From positions 63,798,001-63,862,000 of the forward strand of contig CM059443.1 in NCBI GenBank assembly GCA_030390025.1: 64,000 nucleotides of DNA, read 5' to 3'. Shown piece after piece: positions 52,095 to 63,189 of this stretch. Numbering within the stretch: position 1 is the first letter of the stretch; each line of letters starts with the position of its first letter. The position numbers and the translations under genes were made by a program. The DNA comes from Squalus acanthias (taxonomy: Eukaryota). A model generated the notes under the pieces. That model ran no database searches and had not been told where the DNA came from. It was given only the letters and a program-made list of their open reading frames with translations.

Positions 52095-52365
52095 CAACCC
52101 TATCTCGAACCTCCTCCAGCCCTACAATCCCCATCGCCCCCCCCCCCCCCCCAGAGCTCTCCATCCCTCCGACTTTGGTGTCTTTTGCCCCGCCATTGGC
52201 GACCTGCCTTCAGATTCTCCAGCTCTTTGACCAAGCTTTTGGTGAGCTCTCCTACCATCTCCTTCTGTGGCTCGACGTCCATTTTAGTCTCACTAGACCT
52301 CTATGAAGCACCTTGAGCAGTGTTTCTATGTTAAAGGTGATATATTAATGCAAATTGTTGTTGTA
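52095..52365 (+). mobile_element. Degraded L2 3' fragment
   Basis: CCTCCTCCAGCCCTACAA.. with tail TATTAATGCAAATTGTTGTTG. Confidence 0.6.
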
Positions 52366-54681
52366 ATGCAGCAGTAATCCGACAAATACACAAATCTGAT
52401 TATGGACGGGTAGAAGTCTGATGAACTCAGGAACCCCTCTAGTGTATGTGGGCTCCAGTTTTAAAACCTTTGCTGTACAAAATGGCAATATGATTCCTCC
52501 CATACTCTCCATATGTTAATTCTTAGGAAGTCTCGGGAGTCATTTTTATGCAGTCTAGCATCTGCTGTTGTAATCGTGCGCTACATGTCCCCTAACCTCG
52601 TCAAGAAACACCCTTGGATAATCTTAAATTAGTTTGCACTTAGCTTCAAACTATCGGGTTGCAACGAGGAACCCACAATTTCCTGACTCTTAAAGTTGAC
52701 AAAGTCAAACAGCAGTGACATTATTCAGACAGACCTACCCCACTCCAAAGTGACAGATTGGCCGAATGAACCTGACTCCAGCTAATGAAATAATCAGTGA
52801 CTTGACGTTTTCTGTGATCCATTTTTTGCCGTCCTTGTTGGGGGGAAAGAAATGTACAAAAGTTTATCATTTATAAATGACAATGTAAAATAACATACTG
52901 ACTAGTGTTTATACCATATTGTTTCTGATAAATGACCAGACACTGAGGCCAATTATAATCTGCCTACCACTGCCCCAGCTAGAATCAACAAATACAACAC
53001 TGTGCAATGATCAAACCTGGCACCTTCCTGGACTTTATGGCTTTGTACCACACTGGATGCTGATGCACTTAACTCAGCAAGCCAGCAGTGATCTTTAGGA
53101 CTATAATCTTCATTGCAGTTGATTGCCTCCTCCTTGTTGAAATTATTCATGCTGAGTTCTAATTTTAGAAGAGCTCGAGAACGAAAGAATGTGGGAACAC
53201 AAGTCTGTTCACTCCAACCGCGAGGTCCAGTTAACCATTTGTTTTGTTATTTTTCCACCCTAAATCCATATGCCACAAATCCCTGCTGTATCTGGAATCA
53301 ATCCAATTCCCTCAGCGTTAGCTAAGCCACATTTATTGTGATTTTCCATAAATCAATGACTCTGAAGTGTTAAATTATTCCTTTAATTTGTTATTTTCTA
53401 CATAATCTCGTTCTTTTATCTTTTTGTACAGAATCCCTCTCTCGAGTCACCTTTTATTAATTGTCTTCATTATATGAAACAAATGAGTTTAATTCCCCTT
53501 ATTTTTCTCTAATGAGAATAGATTTATCTTCTGTAGCCTCCCTTCGAAGTTCAATCATTTAAAACTTGGGACCATCCTTGTTCCCTTTCTCTGCCTCCAT
53601 GGCCTGAAAATTATTGTGAGCAATTTTATCACATGATTTCTTAATGTGTTCATATCCAAGACCTCACTCCCCTGTTTTAACACAAGCATTAACGCATTCA
53701 TGTTAAACCAGTTAACGGCTCCATTAAAAACAATTTGACATGTGTTTAGCAATTGTATATTAATGTCGCCGACAGTAAGTTCTACCCTTGAGCACATGTG
53801 TAATACTCGGTGAGGTTTAACTGATGCTTCATTGAACCTGTTGGTGTGGAAATGGAACTTCAGTTTGAGTCGAACACGATGGTTGGCTGATTCGGTGTCT
53901 TTGTTTCACTCGATCGCAATTCAAATTTATTAGATTGTAGTCTGATGACAATGAAATTGCAGCGATGGCCTTTATTTTAGCAAAAGAAGATTCTCTGGTG
54001 GAGGTGTGTATCTGAAGGCCACCAGCCAGCATAATTTGTTTATTTAATGAATCAGTAATTTTATGGTGTTGCTTCAGCACTGAAGAGTTTACAGAAAGCA
54101 AGATTGTGGATGTTTTGTTCTAACAGACGATCTCTTCTGAAATGTAAATGTTACACAGTCATAACAGTTGGAATACAGAAACAGTCTCCTATACAAGTGT
54201 ACTTACCACCTGTGTTTACTCGAGTATTTTACCATTTTATCTCTTTTCTTCCCCCACCCTACACAAAGGTGCCGACTTATGCTAGGCTGGGATAGGGTTT
54301 CACGCAGGCACCACCAGACCTCTCCAACCTCACCCGAATGACTAATCATTATGTGAGTCTAGCCAGTGAATGTTGATAGGCTATCTGACAGTGGCTAGCA
54401 TCGTGGATAGCCAAGGTGTCCGCACGTGCCCACTTTCCAGCTGGGATTGATGGATCAGCAAGCAACAGTGGGAACCTCTGAAGGAATAGAAAGGGAAGAA
54501 AATCAGTCCAGTCGTCACACAGTATTTGCACTAATTGCGTCTCTAACAGGAAGGTGAAGGTGCCAGACTAATATATAGTCGTACGATAGCAAAATACTGC
54601 GGATGCTGGAAATCCGAAATAACAACAGAAAACGCTGGAAAAACTCAGCAGGCCAGGCAGCATCCGTGGAGAGAGAAAGAG

Positions 54682-54718
54682 AGTTAACGTTTCAGGTCGA
54701 TGACCTTTCATCAGAACT
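54682..54718 (-). ncRNA. Minimal hammerhead ribozyme motif, inverted copy (family A)
   Basis: Exact reverse complement of 57759-57795. Confidence 0.85.
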
Positions 54719-54978
54719 GGGAAGAGCCGGAAATCAAATAGATTTAAGGCCAGGGTAAAGCTGGGAAAAGGGGGAGGGGATAAAGGAACAAAGGGGGAGA
54801 TAAAGAGACATTAAGAGATATGCAAGGCTAGAGGTGGTGTTAATGTGACAGATTAAGGCTGAATGAAGTGTGAAATCCACTGGCAGAATGAAGGACAGCT
54901 GCCAGCTTCTAGGAGGAAAAAAAAAAGGTGGGGGGGCGGACAAATAAAAATAAAATATAAATGTGATTGGAGCTGAGG

Positions 54979-55957
54979 TTATGATCTAAAATTGTTGAAC
55001 TCGATATTGAGTCCAGAGGGCTGTAGCGTGCCTAAACGAAAGATGAGGTGCTGTTCCTCGAGCTTACGCTGCGCTTCCGTGGAACAGTGTAATAGGCCGA
55101 GGACGGTGAGGTCAGAGTGGGAGTGAAGCGGTGAATTAAAGTGACAGGCCACCGGGAGCTCGGGGTCCCCCTTACGGACTGAACGGAGGTGTTCCGCAAA
55201 GCGGTCACCCAATCTGCGTTTGGTCTCCCCAATGTAGAGGAGTCCACATCGTGAGCAGCGAATACAGTATACTAAATTGCAGGAAGTACAAGTAAATCGC
55301 TGTTTCACCTGGAAGGGGTGTTTGGGGCCCTGGACAGTGGGAAGAGGGGAGGTATAAGGGCATGTGTTGCATCTCCTGCGCGTGCACGGGAAGGTGCCGG
55401 GCGAAGGGGAAGGGGTGCTGGGGGTGGTAGAGGAGTAGACTAGGGTGTCGCGGAGGGAGCGGTCCCTACGGAATGCTGAAAGGGGAGGTGAGGGGAAGAT
55501 GTGTTTGGTGGTGGGATCACGCTGGAGGTGGCGGAAATGGCGGAGGACGATCCGTTGAATGTGGAGGCTGGTGGGGTGAAAGGTGAGGACAAGGGGAACC
55601 CTATCGTGGTTCCGGGAGGGAGGTGCAGGGGTGAGGGCAGAAGTGCGGGAGATAGAACGGACACGGTCGAGGGCCGTGTCGACCACGGTAGAGGGGAATC
55701 CTCGGTTGAGGAAAAAGGAAGACATGTCAGAAGCACTGGTATGGAAGGTGGCATCATCAGAGCAGATGCGGCGGAGACGGAGAAACTGGGAGAATGGAAT
55801 AGAGTCCTTACAGGAGGCGGGGTGGGAGGAAGTGTAGTCCAGGTAGCTGTGGGAGTCAGTGGGCTTGTAGAGAATGTTAGTCAATAACCTATCCCCAGAG
55901 ATGGAGATGGAGAAGTCGAGGAAGGGAAGGGAAGAGTCGGAGATGGACCATGTGAAG
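54979..55957 (-). pseudogene. Inverted, more deeply truncated duplicate of the PLE ORF C-terminus (thumb + GIY-YIG)
   Basis: ORF 54979-55884 is nearly identical to the C-terminal ~300 aa of the plus arm (IHYK/ILYK and EHLHS/EHLRS differences). Confidence 0.9.
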
Positions 55958-55961
55958 AAGC

Positions 55962-57500
55962 GGTAGACCCATCGTTTCAGCCTGTTCTTGCCCCACGGAA
56001 CTTATCTCTTCCTATCTCGACTCTATTTTTTCTCCCCTTGTCCAGTCTCTTCCCACCTACATCCGCGACTCTTCCGATGCCCTCCGCCATTTTAACAGTT
56101 TCCAGTTTCCCGGCCCCAACCGTCTCCTCTTCACTATGGACGTACAATCCCTCTACACCTCCATTCCCCACCAGGATGGCCTGAGGGCGCTCCGCTTCTT
56201 CCTTGAACAGAGGCCCAACCAGTCCCCATCCACCACCACCCTCCTCCGCCTGGCTGAACTTGTTCTCACATTGAACAACTTTTCCTTTGACTCTACCCAT
56301 TTCCTCCAAATTAAAGGTGTTGCTATGGGTACCCGCATGGGTCCTAGCTATGCCTGCCTTTTCGTGGGATATGTGGAACACTCTTTGTTCCAGTCCTACT
56401 CGGGTCCCCTCCCTCACCTCTTTTTCCGGTACATTGATGACTGTATCGGTGCCGTCTCCTGCTCTCGCCCTGAACTAGAACATTTCATTCACTATGCTTC
56501 CAATTTCCACCCTTCCCTCACCTTCACATGGTCCATCTCCGACTCTTCCCTTCCCTTCCTCGACTTCTCCATCTCCATCTCTGGGGATAGGTTATTGACT
56601 AACATTCACTACAAGCCCACTGACTCCCACAGCTACCTGGACTACACTTCCTCCCACCCCGCCTCCTGTAAGGACTCTATTCCATTCTCCCAGTTTCTCC
56701 GTCTCCGCCGCATCTGCTCTGATGATGCCACCTTCCATACCAGTGCTTCTGACATGTCTTCCTTTTTCCTCAACCGAGGATTCCCCTCTACCGTGGTCGA
56801 CACGGCCCTCGACCGTGTCCGTTCTATCTCCCGCACTTCTGCCCTCACCCCTGCCCCTCCCTCCCGGAACCACGATAGGGTTCCCCTTGTCCTCACCTTT
56901 CACCCCACCAGCCTCCACATTCAACGGATCGTCCTCCGCCATTTCCGCCACCTCCAGCGTGATCCCACCACCAAACACATCTTCCCCTCACCTCCCCTTT
57001 CAGCATTCCGTAGGGACCGCTCCCTCCGCGACACCCTAGTCTACTCCTCTACCACCCCCAGCACCCCTTCCCCTTCGCCCGGCACCTTCCCGTGCACGCG
57101 CAGGAGATGCAACACATGCCCTTATACCTCCCCTCTTCCCACTGTCCAGGGCCCGAAACACCCCTTCCAGGTGAAACAGCGATTTACTTGTACTTCCTGC
57201 AATTTAGTATACTGTATTCGCTGCTCACGATGTGGACTCCTCTACATTGGGGAGACCAAACGCAGATTGGGTGACCGCTTTGCGGAACACCTCCATTCAG
57301 TCCGTAAGGGGGACCCCGAGCTCCCGGTGGCCTGTCACTTTAATTCACCGCTTCACTCCCACTCTGACCTCACCGTCCTCGGCCTATTACACTGTTCCAC
57401 GGAAGCGCAGCGTAAGCTCGAGGAACAGCACCTCATCTTTCGTTTAGGCACGCTACAGCCCTCTGGACTCAATATCGAGTTCAACAATTTTAGATCATAA
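55962..57500 (+). CDS. 5'-truncated PLE ORF: reverse transcriptase + Cys-rich linker + GIY-YIG endonuclease
   Basis: Open frame from GRPIVS (55962) through MDVQSLYTSIP, QIKGVAMGTRMGP, RYIDD, LPFLD, CTRRRCNTC and LVYCIRCSRCGLLYIGET to EQHLIFRLGTLQPSGLN, with no internal stops. Confidence 0.93.
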   Translation, partial: GRPIVSACSCPTELISSYLDSIFSPLVQSLPTYIRDSSDALRHFNSFQFPGPNRLLFTMDVQSLYTSIPHQDGLRALRFFLEQRPNQSPSTTTLLRLAELVLTLNNFSFDSTHFLQIKGVAMGTRMGPSYACLFVGYVEHSLFQSYSGPLPHLFFRYIDDCIGAVSCSRPELEHFIHYASNFHPSLTFTWSISDSSLPFLDFSISISGDRLLTNIHYKPTDSHSYLDYTSSHPASCKDSIPFSQFLRLRRICSDDATFHTSASDMSSFFLNRGFPSTVVDTALDRVRSISRTSALTPAPPSRNHDRVPLVLTFHPTSLHIQRIVLRHFRHLQRDPTTKHIFPSPPLSAFRRDRSLRDTLVYSSTTPSTPSPSPGTFPCTRRRCNTCPYTSPLPTVQGPKHPFQVKQRFTCTSCNLVYCIRCSRCGLLYIGETKRRLGDRFAEHLHSVRKGDPELPVACHFNSPLHSHSDLTVLGLLHCSTEAQRKLEEQHLIFRLGTLQPSGLNIEFNNFRS

Positions 57501-57758
57501 CCTCAGCTCCAATCACATTTATATTTTATTTTTATTTGTCCCCCCCCCCACCTTTTTTTTCCTCCTAGAAGCTGGCAGCTGTCCTTCATTCTGCCAGTGG
57601 ATTTCACACTTCATTCAGCCTTAATCTGTCACATTAACACCACCTCTAGCCTTGCATATCTCTTAATGTCTCTTCATCTCCCCCTTTGTTCCTTTATCCC
57701 CTCCCCCTTTTCCCAGCTTTACCCTGGCCTTAAATCTATTTGATTTCCGGCTCTTCCC

Positions 57759-57795
57759 AGTTCTGATGAAAGGTCATCGACCTGAAACGTTAACT
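57759..57795 (+). ncRNA. Minimal type I hammerhead ribozyme motif in the PLE 3' region (family A)
   Basis: AGTT-CTGATGA-A-AGGTC(ATC)GACCT-GAAAC-GTT-AACT: conserved CUGANGA/GAAA core, 5-bp stem II, palindromic ACGT in place of stem III, stem I AGTT/AACT. Confidence 0.85.
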
Positions 57796-60509
57796 CTCTT
57801 TCTCTCTCCACGGATGCTGCCTGGCCTGCTGAGTTTTTCCAGCGTTTTCTGTTGTTATTTTTAATATATAGTCGTGTCATTTTAATGAGTCTTCGATGCC
57901 TGACAACTTCCTCTACACTTAGTTTTTGCACAATTGCATGGAGTCTCGCTTACATATAATTGTTAACTCTTTGCTTTTAGTAAGGTTTTCATTCTTCCTT
58001 CCAATTTTTTTATTATTTCATGTTGTGAAATTAACCAGATTGAAAAAATTACTGGGATTTAAAATTCTCCATTTAGATACAGTTTTGATTTTGCCCTGAT
58101 TAGTAGCCAAATGAAAATGTGTTTCTCCTCACAAAAGCAGATAATGCCAGCTGGAGAATGTCTGGCCTCTGCCTTGTCACTGCGCCTGCGAATACTCTAG
58201 GAGGGTAATGTGAGACGTGAGACAAGCCTAGGATATACTAGTAAAATACTTTCAACAGGGAAGGTCGTGCTAAAGGGGGCAGGGAATAATTGCCGGCAAT
58301 TGTATTAAGTGTTGTGTTAATTAAAGTTTGTTAGTTCAGTCAAGAGATTTTAAATGTGGGATTTCCTCAATGGCTTCAAGTAATTAATGCATTGCTGGTG
58401 AGGTTCTGAGCTCGGAATGTTCTCGGTTCAATCTCTGCTCTGAGCCGAGTCACCATCTTTTTAAAACATATTTCTTATCAAATATAGAACTGATGTTAGA
58501 AAGTTCTTCAAAGAGTGCGCAACCCTTGCAGCTAGATCTGTGAAGGCAAAAGTCTCGGAGTCAGTTAAGATAAAAGGACTTCAAACTGCAGCCTGTGGGC
58601 AACATGTGACCTTAAAGTCATGGCAATTCAGCTTACAAAGCCCAGGCAACTTGGCTCTGTTTGCATTTGTGCTGCTTACTGGCTGGCCTGCCCCTGTTTT
58701 GAATGTTGTGGGCCTGGAGAGTTGGCAAGGGCTGTTCTTAGTGCTGTTGTTCCCTCATTGGTGAATGGATTCTAAATCAGAACTCTAAGATCTGTTAGTA
58801 TCAGCAATTTGAGTTCTATAAAAAAAAATAAGAATAAATATCTGTGTGTCCCTGAGGTTTAATGGTGCACAGACCATGGAAACAAAAGCTTTGGACGTTC
58901 CTGATTTAAAAGGCAGTTGGATGAGCTAGGAAGTGGCATGCATGGCCTTTTTCCACCTGTCTCTCTTCTGGTCAAGCTCTCAACTAAAAATGGTACCTCT
59001 TCCTTTCCCCAGGATCTGAGTGGTGTGTACTGTAACACACCGAATTGGCTACACTGATAAAATTGATCAAATATCTAATTTCCTGTTAATTTTTTGTAAT
59101 TTTTACCAAGTTAGTTAGTATAGCTCATAACTGTGAACAAAAGCATTTCTTGGGAAGCTGCAAAGGGGATTCAGCATTCGAAGATTAACTGAAACTTCTA
59201 CCTTAATGAACTGAGAGTCTTTTGGGGGGTTATTGCTTCCAGCATTGGTGTTCTAGTTAAGTTACCCGGTAATTCATTCCACTACCTTTTGGATAAAAGG
59301 AACTTATCGACCTCCGAGCTGGCAGATCTTTCATTTCTGTCATTTTCTTTTTGTGTTGTTTTCCCCCTGCGTGACTTTGATGGATCACAAGCACCGTCGT
59401 ACGAGGTTTCCATTAGGGTTTCAGCTGGACTGGCTGAACTTTGAGACTCCAGAGGTTGTTTACAGTGAATTATAAAGCACTTTACTCCTTCGAGACCAGC
59501 TCAAACCGTTCCTCACTGACAATTCAGTCAGTTGAAATACAAGTTTATTGCCTTGTTAACAACTTTTTGTGACCAAGGGTGGATTCGAGATCCTTGTTGA
59601 CCCATTCTTTGGATAATAAAGTCGTTTTTTTAGTTCCTAGTGTGATGTAGAACTTTACTACAGCGCATTTGTTAAGCAGATAGCCTAGTCTTAATGCAAA
59701 GATGCTTAATTCAAAACATTCAATAATTCAATTTTTAGGACTAACATCCCACTTTGCTGTGTTATTTTACTAAACTCACATGATTGGATAAATTTACATC
59801 TTTTTAGTGCACTACACAACTTAGAATTATCAGGAGTGGACTGTGTGGTTGTTTGTGATGCGTCTTCCCAAGAAAAAGACAGACTGGATGACTGAGGGAT
59901 GAGACGCACAGTCAAGTCTGTCAGTCTGACCTATCTTCAGTTTGAGAAAGTGGTTCCCATGTACAGCAGTTCTTGTTATCAATCATGCCCCTTCCCCCCC
60001 CTGCCCCACAACCAACTCCAATTTTCTCCCCTCTTCTGAAAACAGTCGCTCGTGCAGGGTTATATTTCCATGGGCATCGCCCATCATTCAGTACCTTACC
60101 AATGTAACCCTCCTGCATGTTACAGCCTGGACAGTGAATACTGGCAAGCTATTTGGTGCTGGAGGCATCATATAGTCAAGCCTGGTTGTGCCCTCACTCA
60201 TATGTTCATGCTACCGACAGATACCATTCAATCGCAATCAAGGGCTCTTACTGCCATCACAGCCGAGATCAGCTCATACAGCACAGACTGCAGATCAAAC
60301 CTGGGATCTTCCGAATCCCTCTGGTTCAGCTTCACAGTTGGGAATGTATTTTCTAACTGGAAGTGTCTGGATGTTTCTCCCCTCCTCCCACGATCCTTGC
60401 CAAGGAAGATTGGTCATTTGTTGTGTCTGCTGCTGCTTTGGCTGAATAAATACTGCTGCTAAATTTGCATTTTTATAATTTTGTCTGTCACATTTTATTT
60501 TCCAGTATT

Positions 60510-61020
60510 ACCTAGTGGATTGTTAACTATTCCAATTTGGCATCCCATCCTCCGTAAACTTCAGCTCGTCCAAAACTGCTCCCATATCCTACCCCACACC
60601 AAGTCCCGCACACCCATCGGCCCTGTCCACACTGACCGATGTTGGCTCCTGGCCCACCGTGCATCAGATTTAAAATTCTAATCTTCATGTCCTCGTCCCT
60701 CCCTATCTCTAACTTCCATCCTGCCCTACAGCCACCTTCCCCCGAATTCCCTGTTCCTCTCACTCTGGCCTCTTGTGTATCCCCCTCTCCCCTTGCTCCA
60801 CCATTGGCGGCCTTGCCTTCAGCCACTAATGCCCCATGGTCTGGAATTCCCTCCCTAAACCCCCTTCATCTCTCTCTCTCCCTCCTTTAAGATTCTCCTC
60901 ATAACCCACCTCTGACCATACTTTTGGTTACAACTCCTAATATTGTCTTTGGTTCACCGCCCATTTTTTAAAAAGATTATACCTCTGTGAAGCGCCTTGG
61001 GACTTTTCCTATGTTAAAGC
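60510..61020 (+). mobile_element. L2 3' fragment
   Basis: LRKLQLVQN..TKSRTPI coding remnant with GTGAAGCGCCTTGGGAC tail. Confidence 0.8.
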
Positions 61021-61096
61021 CACTAAGAATGTTAGGGAGGGTAAATCAACCAGGGATCCTGCTCCTGATTGGTACCCACTGACCCTTGCTGGAAGA

Positions 61097-62572
61097 GTGG
61101 GAGTGTGGGTGTGTGTGTGTGTGTGTGTGGGGTGGGAGTGGAGTGTGTGTATGTGGGGGGTGAGTGGAGTGTGTGTGTGTGGGGGGTGAGTGGAGTGTGT
61201 GTGTGTGTGGGGGGTGAGTGGAGTGTGTGTGTGTGTGGGGGGGGTTGTGTGTGTGTGGGGGTGGAGTGTGTGTGTGTGGGGGTGGAGTGTGTGTGTGTGG
61301 GGGTGGAGTGTGTGTGTGTGGGGGGTGGAGTGTGTGTGTGGGGGGTGAGTGGAGTGTGTGTGTGTGTGGGGGGTGAGTGGAGTGTGTGTGTGTGTGTGGG
61401 GGGTGAGTGGAGTGTGTGTGTGTGTGGGGGTGGAGTGTGTGTTTGTGTGGGGGGTGAGTGGAGTGTGTGTGTGTGTGTGTGGGGGTGAGTGGAGTGTGTG
61501 TGTGTGTGTGGGGGTGAGTGGAATGTGTGTGTGTGTGGGGGTGAGTGGAGTGTGTGTGTGTGGGGGTGAGTGGAATGTGTGTGTGTGTGTGGGGGTGGAG
61601 TGTGTGTGTGTGGGGGTGGAGTGTGTGTGTGTGTGTGGGGGTGGAGTGTGTGTGTGTGGGGGTGGAGTGTGTGTGTGTGGGGGTGGAGTGTGTGGTGTGG
61701 GGGGTGGAGTGTGTGTGTGTGTGTGTGTGTGGGGGTGGAGTGTGTGTGGGGGTGGAGTGTGTGTGGGGGTGGAGTGTGTGTGTGTGTGGGGGTGGAGTGT
61801 GTGTGTGGGGGTGAGTGTGTGTGTGTGGGGTGGGAGTGGAGTGTGTGTGTGTGGGGTGGGAGTGGAGTGTGTGTGTGTGGGGTGGGAGTGGAGTGTGTGT
61901 GTGGGGGTGGAGTGTGTGTGTTGTGTGTGTGGGGTGGGAGTGGAGTGTGTGTGTGTGGGGTGGGTGTGGAGTGTGTGTGTGTGGGGTGGGAGTGGAGTGT
62001 GTGTGTGTGGGGTGGGAGTGAGTGTGTGTGTGGGGTGGGAGTGGAGTGTGTGTGGTGGGGTGGGAGTGGAGTGTGTGTGTGTGGGGGTGGGAGTGGAGTG
62101 TGTGGTGTGTGGGGTGGGAGTGGAGTGTGTGTGTGTGGGGTGGGAGTGGAGTGTGTGTGTGTGGGGGGTGGGAGTGGAGTGTGTGTGTGTGGGGGGTGGG
62201 AGTGGAGTGTGTGTGTGTGTGGGGGTGGAGTGTGTGTGTGTGTGGGGGTGGAGTGTGTGTGTGTGTGTGTGTGTGGGGTGGGAGTGGAGTGTGTGTGTGT
62301 GGGGTGGGAGTGGAGTGTGTGTGTGTGGGGTGGGAGTGGAGTGTGTGTGTGTGGGGTGGGAGTGGAGTGTGTGTGTGTGGGGTGGGAGTGGAGTGTGTGT
62401 GTGTGGGGTGGGAGTGGAGTGTGTGTGTGTGGGGTGGGAGTGGAGTGTGTGTGTGTGGGGTGGGAGTGGAGTGTGTGTGTGGGGGGTGGGAGTGGAGTGT
62501 GTGTGTGTGGGGGGTGGGAGTGGAGTGTGTGTGTGTGTGGGGGGTGAGTGGAGTGTGTGTGTGTGTGTGTGT
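61097..62572. repeat. Compound GT/G-run minisatellite, ~1.5 kb
   Basis: Tandem units GGGGTGGGAGTGGA(GT)n, GGGGGTGAGTGGA(GT)n and GGGGGTGGA(GT)n; essentially no C on the + strand. Confidence 0.97.
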
Positions 62573-62629
62573 CTGAGAGACAATCAGGTGACCACAGGAT
62601 TGGGCTTGGCTGTAATGCTCCTCACAGTT

Positions 62630-63000
62630 GAAAAGCCTGATAGAGGTCTTTAAAAGTATGAAGGGGTTCGATAAGGTAGATGTAGAGACCATGTTTCTGC
62701 CTGTGGGGGAACTAGGGGCCATAAATATATGATAGTCACTAATAAATCCAATAGGGAATTCGGGAGAAACTTCTTTCCCCAGAGAGTGGTGAGAATGTGG
62801 AACTCGCTACCACAGGGAGTGGTTGAGGCAAATAGCATAGATGCATTTAAGCGGAAGCTAGATAAACACACGAGGGAGAAAGGAATAGAAGGATATGTTG
62901 ATGGGGTGAGATGAAGTAGGGTGGGAGGAGGCTCGTGTGGAGCATAAACACCGGCACGGACCAGTTGTGTCTATTTCTGTGCTGTAAATTCTATGTAAAT
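62630..63000 (+). mobile_element. CR1 3' fragment
   Basis: ORF 62729-62914 RNFFPQRVVRMWNSLPQGVVEANSIDAFKRKLDKH. Confidence 0.85.
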
Positions 63001-63051
63001 ACTGTAAATGCAAGTTATTGTCGTACAGCCCTGGGAATCTGCAGTTTATGT

Positions 63052-63080
63052 CGCTCCATCTAGTGGTGGAAATGTGCAGC
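63052..63080 (-). promoter_or_regulatory. Candidate CTCF site
   Basis: Minus strand GCTGCACATTTCCACCACTAGATGGAGCG. The core CCACTAGATGGAGC is close to the consensus CCACYAGRKGGCRS and has an upstream TGCA module. Confidence 0.5.
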
Positions 63081-63189
63081 CACAGGAGTGACTGTCACAG
63101 AACGTTGTCAGTTTTTTGTGCTCACTAGGAAAGGTGCCCTCTTCTCTGCTCTAGATTTTAACTTTTAGCTTCCACCTTTTCTTTTCCAG

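Larger units (their letters stand above)
54583..57861. mobile_element. Penelope-like retroelement (Neptune-type): two 5'-truncated copies head-to-head (minus arm 54583-55957, plus arm ~55961-57860)
   Basis: The arms are reverse complements over ~1.34 kb. A 14-bp TSD TAATATATAGTCGT lies at 54569-54582 and 57862-57875. Encodes RT plus GIY-YIG endonuclease. Confidence 0.95.

Noticed and set aside
55032-57447. Several overlapping alternative-frame ORFs in the PLE arms
   Set aside because: Shadows of the C-rich RT/GIY-YIG frame, duplicated by the inversion; no independent protein signature.
61009-62722. Long His/Thr/Pro-rich and Val/Cys/Gly-rich ORFs on both strands
   Set aside because: Artefacts of the stop-free GT/G satellite.
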